Below, piece after piece: positions 40,750 to 55,359 of a stretch of 64,000 nt of DNA. The notes under the pieces were generated by a model that was not told where the DNA came from, did no database searches, and saw only the letters and a list, made by a program, of their open reading frames with translations. Positions within the stretch are counted from its first letter, which is position 1. Each line of letters starts with the position of its first letter. The translations under genes and the position numbers were made by a program. The DNA comes from the human T2T-CHM13v2.0 reference genome, Homo sapiens. Location of the stretch: assembly GCF_009914755.1 (NCBI RefSeq), contig NC_060947.1, one strand, 5' to 3'.

Positions 40750-43725
40750 GACTTCCACTTATGGGAAGGTGGAGTAGACATACTTTTCTCTATTCTTCCT
40801 GCTAAGACAAATAAAAACTAAATATTATATATAAAACAAACAAGAGGACTCTGAAAGGTGACAAGAAGACAGTTCAGCTAAGGAATTCAGAACCCAAGGA
40901 ATGACATAATGGCAAGTTCACTGGATTTTCTTATTTCCTTATATATCTCACACTAGGATCAGTAGAAGCTAGCAAAGAAGAAATATCAAAGGACACAGAC
41001 AAAAAGAGTCACATCAAAAGTTGACTCTCTCCAGTCAAAGGATCAGGAAAGGGACAATCTAACAAGACTAAACTTTTAGGAAAAAAAAAAAAACACACAC
41101 ACACACACAAAACTTCTTTATTCTATCCAAATTCCACAGGAAAAACTGGTGTCCTACTCCTACCAAAACCAGCAGAGGCTGTGTGGGGGCCTAAACTTCT
41201 ACCCTCACAAGGCTATAATGAGGCACCAGAACACCCCTGCTGGGGTAATTGATGTCAGAGAAGGTCAAATAGCAAGCTAGGACTTTCCTTACTTTTGGGA
41301 ACTAATAGGCTTCTCTCCATGGTGTCAGTGGCAACCATGTGAGAAAGCTGACTTCTAAACCCACCAAAAGTAACCAGGTATCATAGCCTCTTTCCATTGT
41401 CATGGTATCAGTAAAGGTCTAGGACATTTGCCATTGGTTAGCAGTAATGAGGTCACCTCTGCTGTTCAGTGGAGGTCATACGAGGCTAGAACTCTCACCT
41501 CTGCTCAGCAGAATGAGGAGCCTTAAATGTCAATGGAAGCCAAGGAAGGAACTTGGACTTCTACCTCCAGTTGGCAATAATGAGGTGGTGGCCTTCATGC
41601 CCCCTGATGGAGCAATATCACAAGAAGCCAATTAAAACTAAAGGTCTAAAAAGGATATGTATCAAAATGAGATACATTAAAATAACCAAATTACATCAAA
41701 AAATTATTTGTCATATAAATAATCTGAAAGATAACAATATTAATGAAAAAGTCAATCAAGTGATATGAACATCAAGATAACAGAGATGTTAGAAATATCT
41801 GACAAAGATTTCAAGCAACAGTCATCAAAAAGCTTCAGTGAGTAATTATAAATGTTCCTGAAATCAATGGAAAAATAAAAAGCCTTATCAAAGCAATAGA
41901 AAGTCTCTGAAAAGAAAGAGAAGAAATAAAGAAGCAAATAGAGAATTTAGAACTAAAAATACAGTAACTGAAATTAAAAGCTCAGTGGATGGATTCAATA
42001 GCAGAATAAAAGGAATTGGAGAAAGAAGCAGTGAAATGGGACAAAGAACAGTAGAAATTACCCAATCTGAACAATAAAGAGAAACAAATTACACACATGA
42101 AAAAACAGAACCTTAGGTACCTGAGGAACTATAACAAAGGGTCTAAAATTCACATAATTTGAGTTTTGAAAGCAGATGAGGAAGAGAGTAGGGCTAAAAA
42201 AGGACTTGAAGAAATAGTGCCTGAAAATTTCTCAAATTTGACAAAAGACAGAAACCTCCATATTTGAAAAGGCAAGTGAATTTCAAAGAGAATAAAACTC
42301 AGGAAATCCACCCCAAGGCACATCATAATTGAACTGAAATGAATAAAAACAGCCTGTAATGGAAATGCAATTTGAACAACATGGAGAAACCATGGAGGCC
42401 AAAAAGAATTGCTAAAACATTTTTTCAGATGCCAAAAGAAAAGCACTGTAACTACCGAATCTTATACCCCCCAAAATATTCTTCAAGATGAAAACATTTT
42501 CACGTGTGTGTGTGTGTGTGTGTAATTTAATACCTGGGGAAACCATTAAAAAGTTTTACAAAAAGACACTCAAAAACACTATAGATAAGTAAAATGGAAT
42601 GCTAAAAAATATTCAAGTAACTCATAAGGAAGGCAAGAACAAATAAAACAATATAGGAACAGAGAGAATGAAGAGGACACAAAAGTATAATGGCAGCTTA
42701 TAATCAGGTCATGTTAAAAATATGTTTCGCCAGTCTCTGCCTTTTAATTGGTGTGTTTAGGCCACTTAATGAAGTTCACACATTAGAAAAATGGAAAGGT
42801 TTCAAATCAATAATCTGAGCTCCTACCTCAAGAACCCAAAAACAGCAGAGCAAACCAAACCCACAGAAAGCAGAAGGAAAGAAATAATAAAGATAAGCAG
42901 AAATCAATAAAACAAAACAGAAAAACAACACAGTAAATTAATAAAACAAAAGCTGTTTTTTTGGGAAAAAATCATTAAGATTGACAAATTTATATTAAGT
43001 TTTTTACAAAACTAAACCTAAGATCCAGCAATCATGCTCCTTGGTATTTATCCAAAAGAGTTGAAAACTTACATTCACACAAAACACATATACACAGATG
43101 TTTATAGCAGCCTTATTCATAATAACCAAAACTTGGAAGCAACTAAGATGTGTTTAGGTAGATGAATGGATAAACTGTGGGACATTCAGACAATGGAAAA
43201 TCAGTCACTGCTAAAAGGAAATGAGCTATGGAATCATGAGAAGACATAGAGAAAACTTAAACACATATTACTAAGTGAAATAAGCCAATCTTAAGAGGCT
43301 ACATGCTGTATGATTCCAACTATATAACATTCTGGATAAAGCAAAACTATGGAGACAGTAAAAAGATCAGAGGTTGCCAAGGGTTAGGGAGGAGGGAAGA
43401 ATGAATTGGCCAAGTGCAGAGTATTCTTTATAGCCGTGAAACTACTGTGTGATACTACAATGGTGGATACAGGTCATTATACATTTGTCCAAACCAATGA
43501 AATGTACAACATCAACGGTGAACTCTAACGTAAACTACTGATGTTGTGTGATAATGTGACAATGTGGGTCCATGGACTGTAACAAACATACCACTCTGCT
43601 GCGGAATGTTGATAGTGGGGAGGCTATGCATGTGGTGGGATCAGATAGCATATGGGAAATCTCTGTACTTTCTACTCAATATTGCTGTGTATCTACAACT
43701 TCTGTAGAAATAAAGTATATTAAAA
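40750..43725 (+). mobile_element. Internally deleted L1MC-type element (5' UTR, ORF1, ORF2 fragment, L1MC1-like 3' UTR)
   Basis: GACTTCCACTT..GAGTAGACATACTTTTC 5' end; ORF1-like 41700-42500; ORF2 piece 42780-42990; 3' UTR GATCCAGCAATCATGCTCCTTGGTATTTA..GGAAATCTCTGTACTTTCTACTCAAT..AATAAAG. Confidence 0.75.
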
Positions 43726-45319
43726 ACAAATTATCACAACAATCTGACCCTTTTTCTTTGAGATTAGGAATATTTGCAGTGAGTAACTTTCTCCTTTTAA
43801 GAATGTTTACTTAATGCAGAGTTCTGATCTAAAATCTTACCTTAATAAGATTATTTCTAACTTTATCTTATTTTGCTGCTAGACGTATATAAGCACAGAG
43901 ATACAACACAACTAATAATCAATGACAAAATCCTTCACTCATGCAAATTATTTCACTGGTAACTGAAAATTGGCCTTGGCCATCTCCTTCTAGTCTTCTT
44001 TCAGCCATTGCTTACAATTTCTCTGCTGCCTACTACATTTCTGGGCATTAGCTCTCTTGCCCTATCTAAACAATGCCTCAACTGCTGAAAAGACAGCCTT
44101 ACAGGATACTGTTTTACATTTGGACTTAATGAGGCCTTTATTTGCCTAATACTTATATACTTGGTCCCAGACTCAGAGTAGTTATAACGTTAGTTATAAC
44201 TTGTACCATGACCAGTCTTTTTATTTCTTCCATTTTTTCTATAATTTTTGTTATTAGTTATAAAGACCACTAAAATAACTATATTGTTTATATTTTAAAT
44301 CGATTTTTAGCACCCGTGAAGAGAATATTGTATTCTCCATGTGATTGTCACCTTAAAAATAATGAATGCTCTTTCTTTAATTCTGTGTAGATTTTAGAGT
44401 TTTTAATAAGGAGATATCGGTATCTCTTACTGAATATGCCTATGCTCCCTGTTTTTATTGGCTATATAATTTGGATCCAAGTAAAAGTGACCTCCTTGCC
44501 CTGCTGGTCAGAAAATCTGTGCAATACGGAAAAGTTATTATATTTCTTCTATGATTTGCAATTATTTCAGAATAGCACCCATCATTTTCTTTTTGCAGGA
44601 ATGGTTCTACTACCTCCTATGTAATGTTAATATTTTAGGCAACTGTATCAAAGCAGACATTTTGAGAACATTAAAAAATGAAAACAAATTATTTACGTTC
44701 TCAAGAAAATCTAAGTCAAATTTAAAGACTTCAAAAGATTCTCTGGAATTAATAAATACTAGATAACATGAGGCAAAATTTCATTCTTAAGCAAGCACAT
44801 ATTAATTAAGGAACATATTTTTAAAGAAGATATTAAATCCAGTGCAGGAAAATAGAGGCCATTCTGCAAAACTGAAACAAAAATAGGAATAATGTATTTT
44901 CTAAACAGACTTACAAAGTAAGTCCTTATCAAATAAAGCAGGGGGAAACGGCAACATGATTTAAAAGAGAATACATTTTTTTAAAAAGTACAATATTCTG
45001 ATTTTATCTAATTTTACAGCAATTTTATGGGAAACAATTGTCAGATGTTTAATTGAAACAGAATGATAAAGGAACCCAAGTAATTCATTTGTTCATTTTT
45101 ATTGTAACATGTAACTTTAGTAAAAGTATAACAGAACAAAACCCACCTGTCAGATGAATGTAGACAATAGTGATATACAATTACACTCATATTTATGAAA
45201 GAAACCAATAAAAGTTGCTACAAAAGTAAAACTTGTAACAGTGCTTGGAGCAGTCAAAATGCTCTGAAAAAATTTCAGAAAAAAAATGGTTATAGGTAAA
45301 AACTTAAGGGGAAAACACA

Positions 45320-46310
45320 AATTTGTTCATCAAAGGACACTATCAAGAAAGTGAAAAGACAATCTACTGAATGTGAGAAAATATTTGCTAATAAAATCTA
45401 GTATCCAGTATATATAAGAAACTCTAACAACTCAACAATAAAAAGACAGACAACAACCTAGTTAAAAACAGTCAAGAAGTTTGATTGGATGTTTCTGTAA
45501 AGAAAACAAATAAACAGCCAACACGCACATATAAAGAAGCCCATAGGAATTAGTCATTAAGGAAATGCAAATTAAATCACTGGATAATCCTTTATACCCA
45601 ATAGATGGCTACAGTAATAATAATTAAAACAAAAGAGCAAATATTGCCAAGGATGTGGAGTAATTGGAACCCTCGTATATTGCTGGTGGAAATATAAAAT
45701 GGTGCAACCACTGTGGAAAACAGCATGAGGGTTCCTCGTTAAGTTAATTACCATATGACTCAGCAATTTCACTGTTAGGTATGCACTCAAGAGATTTCAA
45801 AACATATATCCCCACAAAAACCCGTATACATGCATGTTCTTAGCAGCATTATTCATGATAGCCAAAAAGTGAAAAGAATCCAAATGTTCATCAACTGATG
45901 AATGGACAAATATAATGTGGTATATCCATACAACTCATTAGAAAAAAGAATAAAATACTGGTATATGCTGCAACATGAATGAAACTTGAAAAGAGTATGC
46001 TAAGTGAACAAAGCCAAACATAAAGGGTCACATATTGTATGTTTCAATTTATAGGAAATATCCAGAATAGGTAAATCTATGGAGACAGAAAGTAAATTAG
46101 TGTTTGCAGAGGGCTGGGGGTAGGAATGAATGGAGAGTGACTCCTTAATGGATATAGGGTTTCTTTTTTGAGTAATGAAAACATTTTGGAACTAAGAGGT
46201 GGTTGCTGCACAACATTGAGAATGTACTAAATGCCACTGAATTGTACAGTTTAAAATGGTTAATGGTTAATTTTATGTTATGTGAATTGTACCTCAATAA
46301 AAACAATGAA
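45320..46310 (+). mobile_element. L1MB-type ORF2 end and 3' UTR
   Basis: CATCAAAGGACACTATCAAGAAAGTGAAAAGACAA..GGAACCCTCGTATATTGCTGGTGG..ATGGTTAATTTTATGTTATGTGAATTGTACCTCAATAAA. Confidence 0.85.
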
Positions 46311-48357
46311 AAATAAAAGTTTATAGGAAGTTCTTAAATCAGGAAGAAATGTAGTTTAGATTCACATTTTAGATAAATTTAATAATGCACACTGATTAGA
46401 TACAAATAAAATAATGTTCTTCCATTATAGCAGGTTGATTAAGTAAGTGTAAGGAGCTTGAGTTCTGGATCTGTCATTATTGAGCTGTGTGATTTAAGAT
46501 AAGTCAGTCATGTTCTTTCTGCTTTGATCATTCTACCTGTTAGCCCTGCAGAATTGTAAGGAGCAATTTATTCTCACTTACATGAGTGATTTTATGTATG
46601 TAGGGGAGGGTGGCATTGTGGTTACACTGGAAAGGAGAGTAATGTGAAGGGCGTCGGAAGATAATCTTACAAAATCAACTCAAAATTTGGAAGATATAGA
46701 AGGCAGTTTCTTCATGCATTATCAAAGGAGAAGGACAAAACACCATACGTCAACCTGTGTTTCTTTACACAGACAATTGGTGTGCTTGTTATTTGCTGCA
46801 TATGGGATAAGAGAATATCAAAACTGGAAGAATCCTACAGTTTAGAGGATGGCAGAGAACTGATGCAAAGGAATACCCGAATTATTCTAATTATTCAGAT
46901 CACCTAAGACTATATTTTGAGGACTTGTTGAGGGTTCCCTCAGAGATTACTTCTCCTGAATCCTTATTCTCACCACAAATTACTTTGAGAGTCAAATGTT
47001 AGAATATCCTTTCTCCCTTCTCTTTTCAATGGGGGTTTTAATCAATTTTCTCATTATTCTTTACTTTGACCTGGCTTACCCAGGAAGGTAAGAATTAAAT
47101 CACCCCATAAAGAATTTATTTATTTACACATAAGCTCGGCTATAAAGTGGATCACTTATTTTCACCCAATCCCCTCCCTCCCTTTTGTGGAATAGTGATT
47201 GAAATTTTTAGTAAGTGTATATAAGCCCAGAGGCCATTTAGAGCACTGGGTGCATTTATGAATCAAAGTATAACTAAATAAACACCTCCTCCCTACTGTT
47301 TTGAATAGCTGCCATCTCATTTCCTATTCTAAACTTGTGGAGTGCTGTATTGTGCCTTCAAATAACTTCTGGGTCCACACCCAGAGGTGACTACATTTCA
47401 GTGGACAGTGACATGATTAAAGTGTATATTCAGGAGATGTGATCCTGTAATCATTTTTTTTTTTACATAGAATTCCCAATGAATTTAATGGGAAATGTGT
47501 GCATGAACTGATTGCAGATTTTGTCTCATTACATAGTCTGTAAAGTTATTTAGGATCTTTTGAGATGAATAGTAGTGTATAAATATAGCTACAATGTTTT
47601 TGGTTATAGTCTCTTTCAAGCAAATTGCAACATTGAACACTATGCAAAGATGGGCAATAAAATTTTGGTTAAATAATAAAAGTAGGAGTGAAAGATGAAA
47701 GATAATAAGAAAAAATAGAAAGGACAGGCTTGAGCTGCATTGTAAAAGAAGTAGAGATAGGTAGGGATATAATTGTACATGGTTGCTTACATTATCAGTG
47801 ATACATTAGTTCTATTAGTTCTATAGGAATTTATTCTGATATAATTTCTAATGCCACATATTTATATTATTCAGATATATTGTATGAAAGGAGAAAAATA
47901 TGCAATTTAATATAAATAGTGCCTTGAGCTACCTAGGCTAGTTGAAAAAAAATTTTTTTCTGCCTATATAGACTGTGGAGAAAAACAAATACTCAAGTTT
48001 TGTTAAGAAAGCTTCCACATCTATATCAGATTGAATTATACTTTCAAAGAAAACTGTAGATATGCAGGGGCATTTTCAAAGGATAAAATTCATTTAGACA
48101 AACCTGAAAACATATCATAAACTCTATGCCAGGTTGCTTTTGGTTTCTAGGGAAAACAAATTTATAATGGAGCAAATAAATCCTGTGATTGGAGCAGAAT
48201 ATAAACAAAGATACAAAACAAATGTGTAATAATGACTTTTTCAGAAGTAAAAACAAGACAAACAATACTTTAAAACAAAACCAACATGAAAGGAAAATCA
48301 TTTTCCAAGAAAGCATTTTACAATTTTTAAAAAGTAATGTTTTTCCATTGTGTATAT

Positions 48358-48945
48358 ATGTTAAGTGAAATAAACCAGGCACAGGAAGACAAACATCACG
48401 TGTTCTCACTTATTTGTGGGATCTAAAAATCAGAACAATTGAACTCATGGACATAGAGAGTAGAAGAATAGTTACCAGAGGCTGGGAAGGATGGTGGGGG
48501 AATTGAAGGAAGATGGGGATGGTGAATGGGTTAAAAAAAAAATGCATAGGAAGAATGAATAAGACCCATTATTTGGGCTTATGCCTGTAATTCCAGCACT
48601 TTGGGAAGCAGAGGTGGGAGGATCTTTTGAACTCAGGAGTTTGAGATCGGCCCGAGCAACATAGTGAGACCTTGTCTCTACACACAAAAATAATTCAAAA
48701 GACTTACTATTTGATAGCACCACAGGGTGACTGTAGTCAATAATAACTTAATTTTACATTTTAAAACCATTTAAACAGTGTAATTGGATTGCTTATAACT
48801 CAAAGGATAAATGCTTGAGGGGGTGGATATCCCATTCTTCATGATGTTTTTATTTCATATTGCATGACTGTATCAAAATGTCTCTGCTACCCCATAAATA
48901 TATGCACCTACTATGTACCAACAAAATTTAAAAATATAAAATTTT
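48358..48945 (+). mobile_element. 5'-truncated L1MA-type 3' UTR with nested FLAM
   Basis: ATGTTAAGTGAAATAAACCAGGCACAG..GAACTCATGGACATAGAGAGTAGAAG..CACCTACTATGTACC. Flanked by near-repeats AAAAAGTAATGTTTTTCCATT / AAAAAATAATGTTTTTCATTT. Confidence 0.85.
48576..48698 (+). mobile_element. FLAM/AluJ left monomer
   Basis: GCCTGTAATTCCAGCACTTTGGG..GGAGGATC..CAACATAGTGAGACC. TSD AAGACCCATTATTTG (48561-48575) / AAGACTTACTATTTG (48699-48713). Confidence 0.88.
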
Positions 48946-51900
48946 AAAAAATAATGTTTTTCATTTCTCTAAAATGTGAACTGTATCTATCTAATTTTCC
49001 TCCAGCTAAAGAAATACAAACTATGAAAGTCACTGGTAAATTAACATAAAGTACTCAAATAACACACTTCTTTCCTTCTGAAATAATTACCTTTTCACTC
49101 ACTATTATGAACTAATTTCATATACATTTTAGTTGCATGAATTATTATATACAGGAAAAAGATACAGTTTACATTTATTATTAACCCAGTAGTATTTGAA
49201 ACATTTAATTTTAGAAAGACATTATTGTGAGATGATGTTAAATTTTCTTATTGCAAATGATTTCACTATTGGAAAAGCAAGGAAATATTGAGTAATTATA
49301 GCTCTGTTGCAATTTACATTCCTTATCAAGGCAGTGGCTTTTGTTCAAATACAAACTCATTGGGAGTGGATTTGTTACTGACCATGTAACAGGTTCAAAT
49401 AACATCTTTCTTTTTCCAAAGCTATAGAATATTTGCACTTCCACTTACAGCCTGATTTTCCACCTCTGTAAAATGGAGGTTGTATCAATATTTCCGACAT
49501 TCATTTTAGACCTGGACCTATTCTCAAGAGAGGCCCTTTTAAATGTGCTGGTAAAAAATTAGTCTTATGGCAAATTACCATAAGGTAAAATCTTGCTGTG
49601 TTCTGACTACATGTATACTATAACCTTCATCAAATCAAGCGTGGGGAGAAAAAGAAACAAAAAATTAACTCAAAAAAGTGATGAGCAGTGAAGCACAGGT
49701 CTTTAACAGCCACTGTCAATGGATGGAGAATTCACTATGGATGGAGCAGTGAAAATTTCAGACTACTTAGAGTTCAGTAGAAGTACACACAAGGAGAAAG
49801 ATAATATTTACTCTTACTTCATTTTGATACATGTCATTTCCTCTTGGTGACATGATACCCAATAAATATCATATGATGATGTGGATGAAAGATAAGAGAA
49901 ATATTGCATTAGCTAATTAAATTACCTGCGGTGAAACATACAGCACACAGCCTGCTTAAGCTCTTTGGCAGTCTCTGTGCTATTTTATCAGGGTTTTGAT
50001 GCTTACTTGTGCTTGGAGCAAAAGACAGAAGTTCTTTTCCAAAATGGAAGTGTCACAAGAAAATCCAATTGAGGGCTAAAGAGGTAACAGTCTGTGGCAG
50101 CTATGGCTGACACTAGTGCTGCCTTCTCAACTTTCCAGGTACTTACAAAAGTGACTTCCTCTAGGTAATAAGCACTCAACCCCAATATACTTCTGCTTTG
50201 TCTTAAGCCTTTAATCAGCAGCTCTTGCTTTAGAACATTTGCTTTGAAACACAAGCATCTGTCTACTTCTGTTGGAACAGGTCTATTTATAATTACAGAA
50301 ACATGGCCTTTGCTGGATGAAATATTCATGTACATTCCACTGCCAAACTGCACTTATGGCATAGTAAACTGCAAACATTATCATATTAAAAGCAATTTAG
50401 AAATATAGTTCATGCCAACTTAATAAAAATGTCATTTTAAATATTGTTTAAGAGCATTAGTTTAACAACTTTTACAACACTGGGCTACCACAGTATATTT
50501 ATTATCTACATTATATTTGGAGAAAGTAAAGTGGAAATGAAAACAAAATGGTTTAACTCAGTCATATAGTTCCTAAGTAATGACAAAACATTAATAAAGG
50601 GTCTTCATTCATTTCTGAACAATCTTGGAACATGGGAATGATCTGAACCATTTGAATCAGCTCCCAAGCCCCAGGCTGGTTATTGCCTGGCTCATACGTA
50701 CACTGTAGTGCCTTGCTGTCTTGTAAACTACACTAAGACAATAATGAACAATTTGGTCTTTTTGAGGGTACTGTACTTCCTAAAGGATTAATACCAAGAT
50801 GTGCTATTCTCCATATAAACTCCCTTAGTTTATTTCTGTTAATTGTTTGAAAGGGTCAAATCAAATGTGTATGTGTTTAAGAATATACTATGTGTAACCC
50901 AGATGTAGGTGTGGAATTTTAGATTATACAATGCACTTGTTAGTGATACTCTACCACTCTCTTCTTAGTGTATTGTTATCTCTCCCTCTGCTTTTCTCTT
51001 TTTCTTCTCCTTTTATTTCTTTTCCTGGGAGGCATTCAAGGCTATAGAGTATAGAAGCATTTACTGGGCAATAGAAATTTATAAAGAAAAAATAAGCTTC
51101 AGGCTGCAGTTCGGTTTTTAAATGTGGATAGTATATTGTCCCATCAGTTTTTTTTTCACTAGAACATCTTAAAAGGTACTATTTGTCATTCAAATATTAT
51201 AGCTTGAAAGGTTATCTTAGTCAGATTGTTTCATTTATGGAAACTATGACTAACAAGTATTTGCTGACTTAGTTACTTCAAGATGCTGTAGAATGAAAAT
51301 AAGATGACTAGCAAACTCACTTTTTGGAGAAAAAAGTTAAAAAATTATCTTCAGAAAATCCAAATAAAATGCTATAGAATGTGGTACCAGATGGGCTTTA
51401 ATATATGGCAGATTGTTATAGAATCATTTTGGGCCAACTGCAACTATGAGAATTATTGTGTTTCAGTATTGACTCAAAAACTTAGGAGATACTTAGAGAA
51501 ATGGCACTATTTAATCAATATAGTGAAATATTCCACTACACAATTCAAATATTGTTTTTCAATGAGAATTATAAATAACTCAGCCTCAAATCACTAAAAG
51601 CAAAAGTGGATTGACATCCACCACCTTGGCACTAATGTAGAAAGACAATGTGATAGGAAAAGAGATGTCACGACGTTGTAAGTGTAACAGCACACCATTT
51701 CTAGTAATATAAAAAGAAAATCCCAAAATATAGTAGGCAGCTGTAATTCTAACCTGTAGAATTAAACATTTAGTTATTGTCTGAATAAATTATCATTTGA
51801 ATGTGCTATTCATTTCTTTTAGAAGAGCAGTACAATTATTAGGAGTAAGGATAGAATGGTGAAAAGTATTAGGTATCCAAGTATCTTAACACTTGGTTTG

Positions 51901-52364
51901 CCACTAACAAGCTATGTTACCTTAGTCACTTAACTTCTCTAGGTGTCAAATTTTTCATTTCTGGAAATAATTATTTAGATTTAAATATCTCAAAGGTCCT
52001 TTCTTTTTATATTAAATTTATGATTCTATTCAAAGTCATATTAATAGTGACAATAAGTATCTGAACATTTAGCATGTACTGTTTTAGATATACAACTTTT
52101 AAAATTACTGTGAATTGATGCCCATGAACAGAAGTAAAAGCTGTTTTTCTTTCTTTACATAAATTCATTTGTAAAGAAAAACTGATTTTCTATTTTTCTA
52201 AGTATATTATAAGATTGCTTTGAGGAAAATAAATATTTAAATTATCACTAGCTGGTATTCACACCTAAATTGTCAAAGGGGTATGAACATTTCAAAATAT
52301 ACCAAATTTTTAGATTTATTCAGAGAAAAGTTAATTTGGGGTACTTGTTCATGTTCTTAGAAAA

Positions 52365-52830
52365 TGCATTAGTTTTCCAGGCTGCAAAACAAATTACCAC
52401 AAAAGTAATGGCTTAAAAAACACATATTTATTGTCTCATATATTGCTGTTAGTCAGGAATCTAGGCAGGGCTTATGAGTCCTCTGCAAGGCTGTAATTGA
52501 GGTATTAGGACTGGATTTTCATCTGGAGGTTCGACTGAGGAAGTCTCTACTTCCAAGCTTCCTCAGGTTGTTCATAAAATTTATTTCCCTTTGGCTGTAA
52601 GACTCATGGTAAGTCGTTTCTAGAACAAGATTCTAAAGTGACTCTGCTAGCAAGACAAAATTCTACAGAATATAACACAATGATGGGGGTAACATCCTAT
52701 CATCTTTGTTATATTCTATTTGTTAGACGAATGTCACTAGTTCCACCCATGCTTCAAAAGGAGGGCATTATACGAGGGCATGAACACTGCAAGGCAAGTA
52801 TCATGAAGGCCACCCAAAAGTCTGTTAACA
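52365..52830 (-). mobile_element. MaLR solo LTR (MLT1E/F-like)
   Basis: AAATTACCACAAA..TGGCTTAAAA..ATTTATTGTCTCA..GTCAGGAATCT..CTTCCAAGCT..TATTCTATTTGTTAGA..GAGGGCATTATAC. Confidence 0.75.
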
Positions 52831-52867
52831 GAAGAAATATGAGAGTGCAAACTGTGTTCCACTATAA

Positions 52868-53050
52868 TTTCTTCTCCTCTTTCCTCATCTTCCCTTCCCT
52901 TTTCCCCCTTCTCCTTCTCCTGTCTCTGGCTGCTACGTTTTTCTTATTCTATCTTCTTTTCCTCCTCTTCCTTTTCCTCTCCTCCTCCTTTTCCCTTTCC
53001 TCTTCCTCCTCCTCCTTCTTCTCTCTCTTTCCTTGTCATCTTTTTTTTTC
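52868..53050. repeat. Polypyrimidine low-complexity tract
   Basis: Long C/T-rich run with (TCC)n-like units. Confidence 0.85.
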
Positions 53051-53310
53051 ATTTTACCACAGCTTATCATTGTAACTGAAATGTGCAGATGCTCTGTGCC
53101 CATGTGAAAATGCAACAGCTGTATTAGTGATGGTACACAACCTCAATTACAGGTAAATATCCTAAGGACAAAAAACTGGCTCTTCTTCTTTATCACAACA
53201 CTAGCTACTAATGAATTATGTGATAATTTGTCAAGTGCTTGTACTATTGGCTATGTAATTATGTGGAAATCCCCTGCTGAAAACCTGAAACCTGTCCCTG
53301 AACTTCATAT

Positions 53311-53611
53311 ATATATTTTGGAGATGGAGTCTTGCTCTGTCACCCAGGCTGAAGTGCAGTGGTGTGATCTCAGCTCATTGCAACCTCTGCCTCCTGGGTT
53401 CAAGCGATTCTCCTGCCTAAGCCTCCCAAGCAGCTAGGATTACAGGCATGTGTCACCACACCCAGCTATTTTTTTTTTTTTTTTGGTATTTTTAGTAGAG
53501 ACAGGGTTTCACTGTGTTAGCCAGGATGGTCTCGATCTCCTGACCTCATGATCTGCCAGCCTCGGCCTCCCAAAGTGCTGGGATTGCAGGAATGAGCCAC
53601 CGTGCCAGGCA
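53311..53611 (-). mobile_element. Alu (AluSc/Sc8-like)
   Basis: Antisense Alu with TGTTAGCCAGGATGGTCTCGATCTCCTGACCTC. TSD TGAACTTCATAT / TGAACTTTATCT. Confidence 0.93.
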
Positions 53612-55359
53612 TGAACTTTATCTTTAACTATGTCAAGGTTCAAGTGAAGATTGATTTATCTTGGCAGCTAATGTAGGAGCTGTCTGTTATCTACCTGTGG
53701 CTATTTCTTCTCATTTCACAGCCCAATACTAGTGTCAGGAATTTAAAACCAATATTTTCAAATACTTCAAAATCTATTTATAAAAGAAAAATGTTTGCTT
53801 GGAATTTAGCAAATAGAGGAAGAAACATATTAAAATAAAAGTTGAAGTAAAATCACTAATATAAAATGAAAGAAGAAATGTTTCCCTAGGTACAATTTAC
53901 TCTCAAATGTCCATAAATGTATCTGGATGCTCTTTTTTAATATCCTTCTGGCCTATTGCTGTTTCATTTCTCCTCACTACCTTCACTTCTGGGTGAGCGT
54001 GCACAAGCAAGTAAATTCAAATTCAAACTACTTTTTGGCCACTCTGATATGGAAGAAAATTGCTAGAGATTCCTCAAGTTAATTTTTGATTTTTTTCCTT
54101 CTGACGATTTTCTCACGTATAAATGAGAAGCTTTTTCTTCCTTTTGCAGATGAATGGTTCTGTGTGGGAGTGATTTAGGGTGGAGTTATTCATATTCTTT
54201 CTTGATCCAATGTTGAAGATTCTGATAATTTCTTGTCTATATGTTGCTTTTCTTTCTTTAACTTTTATTTGAGGTTCCAGGGTACATGTGAAGGTTTGTT
54301 ACATAGGTAAACTCATGTCACAGGGGCTTGTTGTACAGATTATTTTATCACTCAGGAATTAAGCCCAGTATCCAATAGTTATCCTTTCTGCTCCTTTTCC
54401 TCAGCACACCCTCCACCATCAAGTAGACTCCAGTGTCTGTTGTTCCCTTCTTTGTGTTCATGAGTTCTCATCATTAAGCTCCCACTTATAAGCGAGAAGA
54501 TGTGGTGGTTGGTTTTCTCTTTATGTGTTAGTTTGCTAAGGATAATGGCCTCCAGCTCCATGTGTGTTCCCATAAAAGACATAATCTCAATCTCTCTTTT
54601 TTTGTTTAATGGCTGTGAAGTGGCTATGTTGTCTGGGGCATATACCCTAGGGTTTGTTGTCATGCACCAGGAAAATTTAGGACACATTCACACACAAGGA
54701 GTTTAGGAGCAGAGGTTTAATAGGCAGAAGAGTAAAGAAAGAGAAACAGCTCTATCTATATAGAGAGAGGGGTCTCTGAGTGGAAAGGATGGGCTGACAG
54801 CAGATGGATGGGATTTTATAGTCAGGTTTGAGGAGGTGGTGTCTGATTTATGTATGGCTTAGAGATTGGTTTGATCAGGTATGATGTTTACATAGTGCAC
54901 ATGGAAGGCTGGTTGTCCCACCCTAATTTCATTATGCAAATGGGCTTTCCAGTTGATTGGCTCCATCTTGTCTGCTTCTTACTATACATATGGCTGAGGG
55001 GATATGTATAGAGAGGGGAAGATGGAGCCACCATCTTGAACATGTCTACTCCTTAGTTCCTGCCAGCATTCACCCATGCAAGCTCTCAGCTTGCATGTCT
55101 ATGTCCACAGCTCAACTTTACAGGCTCCTCTTTGTTAGAAAATGATTTGGGTCTGCCTTTCACTAAAAAGAAAATCCTTACTGAGGACTTCCATACCCTT
55201 ACTATCTGCCTAAGTGATTTCTTCTTAACTTCTGTATCATTCCCCACTCTGGAGTGGTAACCCTAACTGCTATTAGGGGATGTTCGAGCTATGACTCTTT
55301 CTGGCTACTTCCTGCTGAAAAGGGGCATCATGTGGGGAAGAGCAGCTAGGGCTCCTCCT

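Noticed and set aside
41094-42523. (CA)n at 41094 and (GT)n at 42504 as an inverted pair
   Set aside because: Ordinary short microsatellites with no flanking homology.
44173-44201. TAGTTATAAC duplication with a short palindrome
   Set aside because: Too short to exceed chance in AT-rich DNA.
52638-53115. 145-aa Leu/Phe/Ser-rich and Arg/Lys-rich ORFs
   Set aside because: They are translations of an MLT1 LTR plus a polypyrimidine tract.
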